DNA of 11,132 nucleotides from a virus: UHGV virus genome UHGV-1788306; one strand, 5' to 3'. Shown piece by piece: positions 7,962 to 11,132 of this stretch (position 1 is its first letter; each line of letters starts with the position of its first letter). The notes under the pieces were generated by a model. It saw only the letters and a program-made list of their open reading frames with translations, ran no database searches and was not told where the DNA came from. The position numbers and the translations under genes were made by a program.

Positions 7962-7984
7962 GCCCGCGTCATGCGGGCTTTTTT
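7962..7984 (+). terminator. Rho-independent terminator-like hairpin downstream of the 130-aa gene
   Basis: Stem GCCCGC (7962-7967) pairs with GCGGGC (7973-7978) around the loop GTCAT, followed by T6 (7979-7984). Confidence 0.7.
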
Positions 7985-7998
7985 ATCCGGGGAATTAT

Positions 7999-8460
7999 AT
8001 GAGCGAGAAAATTGCCGTTGTCTATATCGGCCCCAAACCCGTGAAAAAGGATACCCTTACCGGGAGTCGTACACTGTTCCCGCGTCTTGAGCCGGTGCAT
8101 GTTGACAGCGCGCTTGCCTGGCAGTTGCTGGCCTTTCCGGATGTCTGGGTTCGTCATGAAGAGCTTGATGGTGTGCTCAAAAAGCAACAACAGGATGAGC
8201 AGTTGCGGCAGGCACAGCAGGCGCAGGAAAGAGAACAGGTGGCTCTTGCAGAAGCGGAGAACAGTTTTGTGGTTAGCGTTGGTGGTCAGGATGTGGATTT
8301 GAGCAAACTCACGTCCGCACGGCTGGCAACGTTGTGTGAGGCAGAAGAGCTGAATATTCACAAAGACCCGAAAGAAACGGCTGATGTATTTCGTGTCCGT
8401 GTGCGTGAGGCATTTCGCCGTCGTGTTGCGGAGACTGAACAGCATGGCGGAACTGACTGA
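7999..8460 (+). CDS. Hypothetical phage protein with a central Q/E-rich helical segment
   Basis: 153-aa ORF with RBS GGGGA about 7 nt upstream. Codon composition resembles its neighbours. Preferred over the antisense ORF 7969-8529 because of operon polarity and protein composition. Confidence 0.6.
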   Translation: MSEKIAVVYIGPKPVKKDTLTGSRTLFPRLEPVHVDSALAWQLLAFPDVWVRHEELDGVLKKQQQDEQLRQAQQAQEREQVALAEAENSFVVSVGGQDVDLSKLTSARLATLCEAEELNIHKDPKETADVFRVRVREAFRRRVAETEQHGGTD

Positions 8461-9007
8461 TTTTTTACCGTATGTCCGTCGCCATATCAGTGGTCCGCTG
8501 AACATTATGATGACGGATGCGTTATCCATGTCGGCAGTGGCATTCTGCCGTCAGTCCCTGTTGTGCCGCCGTGAAGCCACGCTGTCACCGCCAGCCGGAG
8601 AGGACTGTGTGCTGCCATATGACGCGGAGAATGAAGAGTGCGTACATATTATTCGTATCCTCGCTGACGGGCGTGAGCTTTTTGCCGGTCATGATGTGGA
8701 AATCCGCCCGGGGCGGGTAATGCATTTTGCCTGTTCGCCCGGAGAGGTGAGTGTGCTTTATGCCGTTGCTCCGAAAGCAGGGAGCCGTCAGGTGCAGGAT
8801 GAACTGCGGGCATGGTCTGAAGAAGTGGCTGCAGGGGCGCTTGAACGGTTGTTCATGCAGACCGGGGTTTCATGGTCAGACCCGTCGCGCGCACAGTATT
8901 TCTCTGTGCTGTTTTCTGAGGGTATCCGTCGGGCATATCGCGACACACTGGCGACAAGTCCGTACTCCTCATACCGCAATCCTGTCCGCAGACAAAGGTT
9001 TTACTGA
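8444..9007 (+). CDS. Hypothetical phage protein (candidate head-completion or connector protein; function unknown)
   Basis: The ORF is open from 8384, but the ATG at 8444 (MAELTDF…) overlaps the stop of the upstream gene by 17 nt, which is more consistent with a coupled start. About 187 aa. Its stop overlaps the next ATG (ATGA at 9005-9009). Confidence 0.55.
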   Translation: MAELTDFLPYVRRHISGPLNIMMTDALSMSAVAFCRQSLLCRREATLSPPAGEDCVLPYDAENEECVHIIRILADGRELFAGHDVEIRPGRVMHFACSPGEVSVLYAVAPKAGSRQVQDELRAWSEEVAAGALERLFMQTGVSWSDPSRAQYFSVLFSEGIRRAYRDTLATSPYSSYRNPVRRQRFY

Positions 9008-9657
9008 TGACGACGATTACTGAAATCATCGGACGAGTGAACACGCAACTGGTTGACCCGATGATGGTGCGCTGGCCTCTGGCTGAGCTGTGTGATTATT
9101 ACAATGATGCTGTGCGGGCGGTGATTCTGGCAAGGCCGGATGCAGGCGCAAGTCTGGAGACGCTGAATTGTGTTCCTGGTGCACGTCAGACTTTGCCTGA
9201 TGGCGCAATACAGCTTCTTGACGTGATATGCCTCAGCGATGGCAGTGCTATAAAACCGCAATCCCGTGAGGTGCTTGATGCACAGTATCCCGACTGGCAC
9301 ATGCTGAGGGGGAAACCGGAATGCTTTATCAGCAGTGACCTTGCCCCGCGCGTGTTCTGGCTGTTTCCGGCACCGGAGGAGGCTGTGAGTGTTGATGCTG
9401 TGGTCAGCCGCATTCCGGAGGCGGTGTATGTTCTGACGCAGGATGATGACACGCCTGTACCGCTGGAAGAGGCTTATGTTAACCCGCTGGTTGACTGGAT
9501 GTTGTTTCGTGCATTCAGCAAGGATGCAGCCGGTGGTGCAGAGTCAGGACTGGCAGCACAACATTATCAGAGTTTTGTTGAGCAGCTCGGGATTAAACAG
9601 GGTGCAGACAGTGCATTGTCTGCCCGCAAGAAGGTGTTTAACGGAGGTGGAATGTGA
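9007..9657 (+). CDS. Hypothetical phage protein (candidate fiber-attachment or adaptor protein; function unknown)
   Basis: 216-aa ORF, translationally coupled at both ends: ATGA overlap at its start, and its stop TGA (9655-9657) overlaps the GTG start of the fiber gene. Confidence 0.6.
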   Translation: MTTITEIIGRVNTQLVDPMMVRWPLAELCDYYNDAVRAVILARPDAGASLETLNCVPGARQTLPDGAIQLLDVICLSDGSAIKPQSREVLDAQYPDWHMLRGKPECFISSDLAPRVFWLFPAPEEAVSVDAVVSRIPEAVYVLTQDDDTPVPLEEAYVNPLVDWMLFRAFSKDAAGGAESGLAAQHYQSFVEQLGIKQGADSALSARKKVFNGGGM

Positions 9658-11120
9658 GTGTTGTTGTTTCGGGGACGCTGAAATCTCCTGATGGTGAGGC
9701 AATATCAGGCGCAAATATTACCCTGACGGCGCTGACAGTTTCACCGGATGCGCTCAGCGGCACCAGTGCGTCAGCAGTGACTCGTGACGGCGGGTATTAC
9801 GGAATGACGCTGGAGCCGGGGGAGTATGCGGTTTCTGTGACGGTGAAAGGGAAGACTGCTGTCTACGGACGTGTGCGTATTGAGGGGACTGAAAGTACGG
9901 TGACGCTCAATATGCTGTTACGCCGCAGTCTTGTTGAGGTGAGCATACCCGGAGAACTGCTGACAGATTTCCGGCAGATACAGAACAATGTGGCGGATGA
10001 CCTTGCCACGATTCGTCGTCTGAACGAAGACACGGCGGTGAAAAATAATCAGGCTTCACAGTCGAAGGAAAGCGCTGCTGCCAGTGCGAAGACTGCATCA
10101 GAAAGCGCGAAGGCTGCGACCAGCAAAGCGACGGAGTCTGCACAAAAAGCCAGTGAGGCTGCAGAGGCGGCGACCCGGGCAGGTGAGTCTGAAAAGGCAG
10201 CGGCAGCTGACGCTAAAGAGGCCAGACGACATGCTGAAACCGCCAGAGTGGCTCAGGAGGCCGCCGGAGACGTTCTTAAACGTGCTGAGGCTGCTACAGT
10301 TAGTGCTGAAGAAGCCAGACGTATGGCTGAGAATGCACGAGGACCTAAAGGCGATACAGGGCCGAAAGGTGATGCTGGTCCTCGTGGTGAAACAGGTCCG
10401 GCGGGTCCGCGTGGGGAGAAAGGTGAGCAGGGAGAGCGCGGACCTCAGGGCATACCGGGCCAGAAAGGTGATACAGGAGAACGGGGACCTCAGGGAGTAC
10501 AGGGGCCAGTTGGCGCAACAGGGCCATCTGGCCCACGTGGTGCGACCGGGCCACAGGGAGCAATGGGGCCGCGTGGTGAAACCGGGGCCAGAGGCGAAAA
10601 AGGAGACCCGGGGGGGCCTCAGGGACCAAAGGGGGATACTGGTCCGAGAGGTGAGCCGGGGCCGGCAGGAGCAAAGGGAGAGCGCGGTGAGACCGGACCT
10701 GCGGGGCCGAAAGGTGACACCGGCCCACGTGGAGAGGCCGGACCACCCGGACCACAGGGTCCGGCAGGGCAAACCGGCCCGAAAGGGGATAAAGGTGAAC
10801 CCGGCGCAACAGGTCCGGCAGGTCCCGCAGGCCCTCGGGGAGAAACCGGCCCCGCAGGTCCTGCGGGTCCCGCAGGCAGTGTCGCCAGTGTTCCGGATGC
10901 CAGCACATCACAGAAAGGTGTTGTACAGCTGAGCAGCGATACCAACAGCGATGATGAAACAAAAGCGGCAACTCCAAAGGCTGTGAAAGCGGTAATGGCA
11001 GAAGTGCATGCAGCAAAAACGAAGGCAGAAGAGGCAGCAACCCGGGCAGCAGTCCCCGGACCGAAGGGGGACAGGGGCATAAGCGCTAACTTAAGGGTTG
11101 TGGTATTACGCCTGATATGA
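9654..11120 (+). CDS. Side tail fiber (Stf-like) protein with a collagen-like Gly-X-Y repeat region
   Basis: 488-aa ORF with GTG start and strong RBS GGAGG (9643-9647, 6-nt spacer). The N-terminal ~90 aa ([24 protein letters not shown]…) resemble my recollection of the lambda Stf N-terminus (MAVKISGVLKDGTGKPVQNCTIQL…). An Ala/Ser/Glu/Lys-rich helical repeat region follows, then 59 G-X-Y triplets, then the conserved fiber motif [28 protein letters not shown] (around nt 10914-10998; lambda Stf has [28 protein letters not shown]). Confidence 0.85.
   Translation: MSVVVSGTLKSPDGEAISGANITLTALTVSPDALSGTSASAVTRDGGYYGMTLEPGEYAVSVTVKGKTAVYGRVRIEGTESTVTLNMLLRRSLVEVSIPGELLTDFRQIQNNVADDLATIRRLNEDTAVKNNQASQSKESAAASAKTASESAKAATSKATESAQKASEAAEAATRAGESEKAAAADAKEARRHAETARVAQEAAGDVLKRAEAATVSAEEARRMAENARGPKGDTGPKGDAGPRGETGPAGPRGEKGEQGERGPQGIPGQKGDTGERGPQGVQGPVGATGPSGPRGATGPQGAMGPRGETGARGEKGDPGGPQGPKGDTGPRGEPGPAGAKGERGETGPAGPKGDTGPRGEAGPPGPQGPAGQTGPKGDKGEPGATGPAGPAGPRGETGPAGPAGPAGSVASVPDASTSQKGVVQLSSDTNSDDETKAATPKAVKAVMAEVHAAKTKAEEAATRAAVPGPKGDRGISANLRVVVLRLI
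10341..10877 (+). repeat. Collagen-like coding repeat (Gly-X-Y)n inside the tail fiber gene
   Basis: Thirty G-X-Y triplets, one extra Gly, then 29 more triplets (179 aa). The region is GC-rich with repetitive GGN-CCN codons, which produces spurious long ORFs in other frames and on the opposite strand. Confidence 0.9.
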
Positions 11121-11132
11121 TTTAACGTGCCG

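Noticed and set aside
8384-8443. Upstream extension of ORF 8444-9007 to the ATG at 8384
   Set aside because: The extension would overlap the preceding gene by 77 nt and adds a Cys/Val-rich peptide. The ATG at 8444, with a short overlap typical of coupling, is more plausible, but the start remains uncertain.
7969-8529. 186-aa minus-strand ORF antisense to gene 7999-8460
   Set aside because: The translation is Leu/Phe/Cys-rich and atypical, whereas the + strand ORF has an RBS and normal composition. Operon polarity favours the + strand gene.
10084-11080. Long ORFs in alternative frames and on the minus strand across the fiber gene (10084-10932 +, 10098-10772 -, 10345-11040 -, 10619-11080 -)
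   Set aside because: They lie entirely within the GC-rich Gly-X-Y repeat DNA, which is open in all frames. The translations are Pro/Arg/Leu-rich low-complexity sequence with no RBS. They are artefacts of the collagen-like repeat.
9654-11120. Diversity-generating retroelement or invertible shufflon acting on the fiber gene
   Set aside because: There is no reverse transcriptase, template repeat, or site-specific invertase gene in the window, and no inverted crossover sites around the fiber 3-prime end.
1-11132. Defence or anti-defence island, toxin-antitoxin pair, integrase or transposase
   Set aside because: All supported ORFs are co-directional late and structural genes. I saw no nuclease, NTPase or TIR-type defence motifs outside the terminase, and no minus-strand cargo genes with their own signals.

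Overview
This window reads as the late (lysis to morphogenesis) region of a lambdoid prophage from an Enterobacteriaceae host, with every supported gene on the + strand. It opens inside the 3-prime end of the spanin genes Rz and embedded Rz1, identified from my memory of the phage lambda sequences. A roughly 300 bp non-coding gap follows, then a packaging and head module in the order small terminase (split in two by a frameshift at an A8 tract), large terminase, portal, an acidic scaffold-like protein, a capsid-sized protein, and four small proteins of unknown function. The last gene is a side-tail-fiber (Stf)-like protein carrying 59 collagen-like Gly-X-Y triplets. Three clear intrinsic terminator hairpins lie inside this otherwise co-directional operon. 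I did not find a recognisable defence system, toxin-antitoxin pair, CRISPR array, tRNA, integrase or transposase. The features most worth follow-up are an array of eight palindromic TGCGCA motifs inside the small terminase gene (candidate packaging recognition site), the A8 frameshift, the collagen-like fiber with a homopolymer-linked irregularity and an abrupt C-terminus, and the unusually short distance between the capsid gene and the fiber. All homology statements are from memory and motif inspection, not from database searches.
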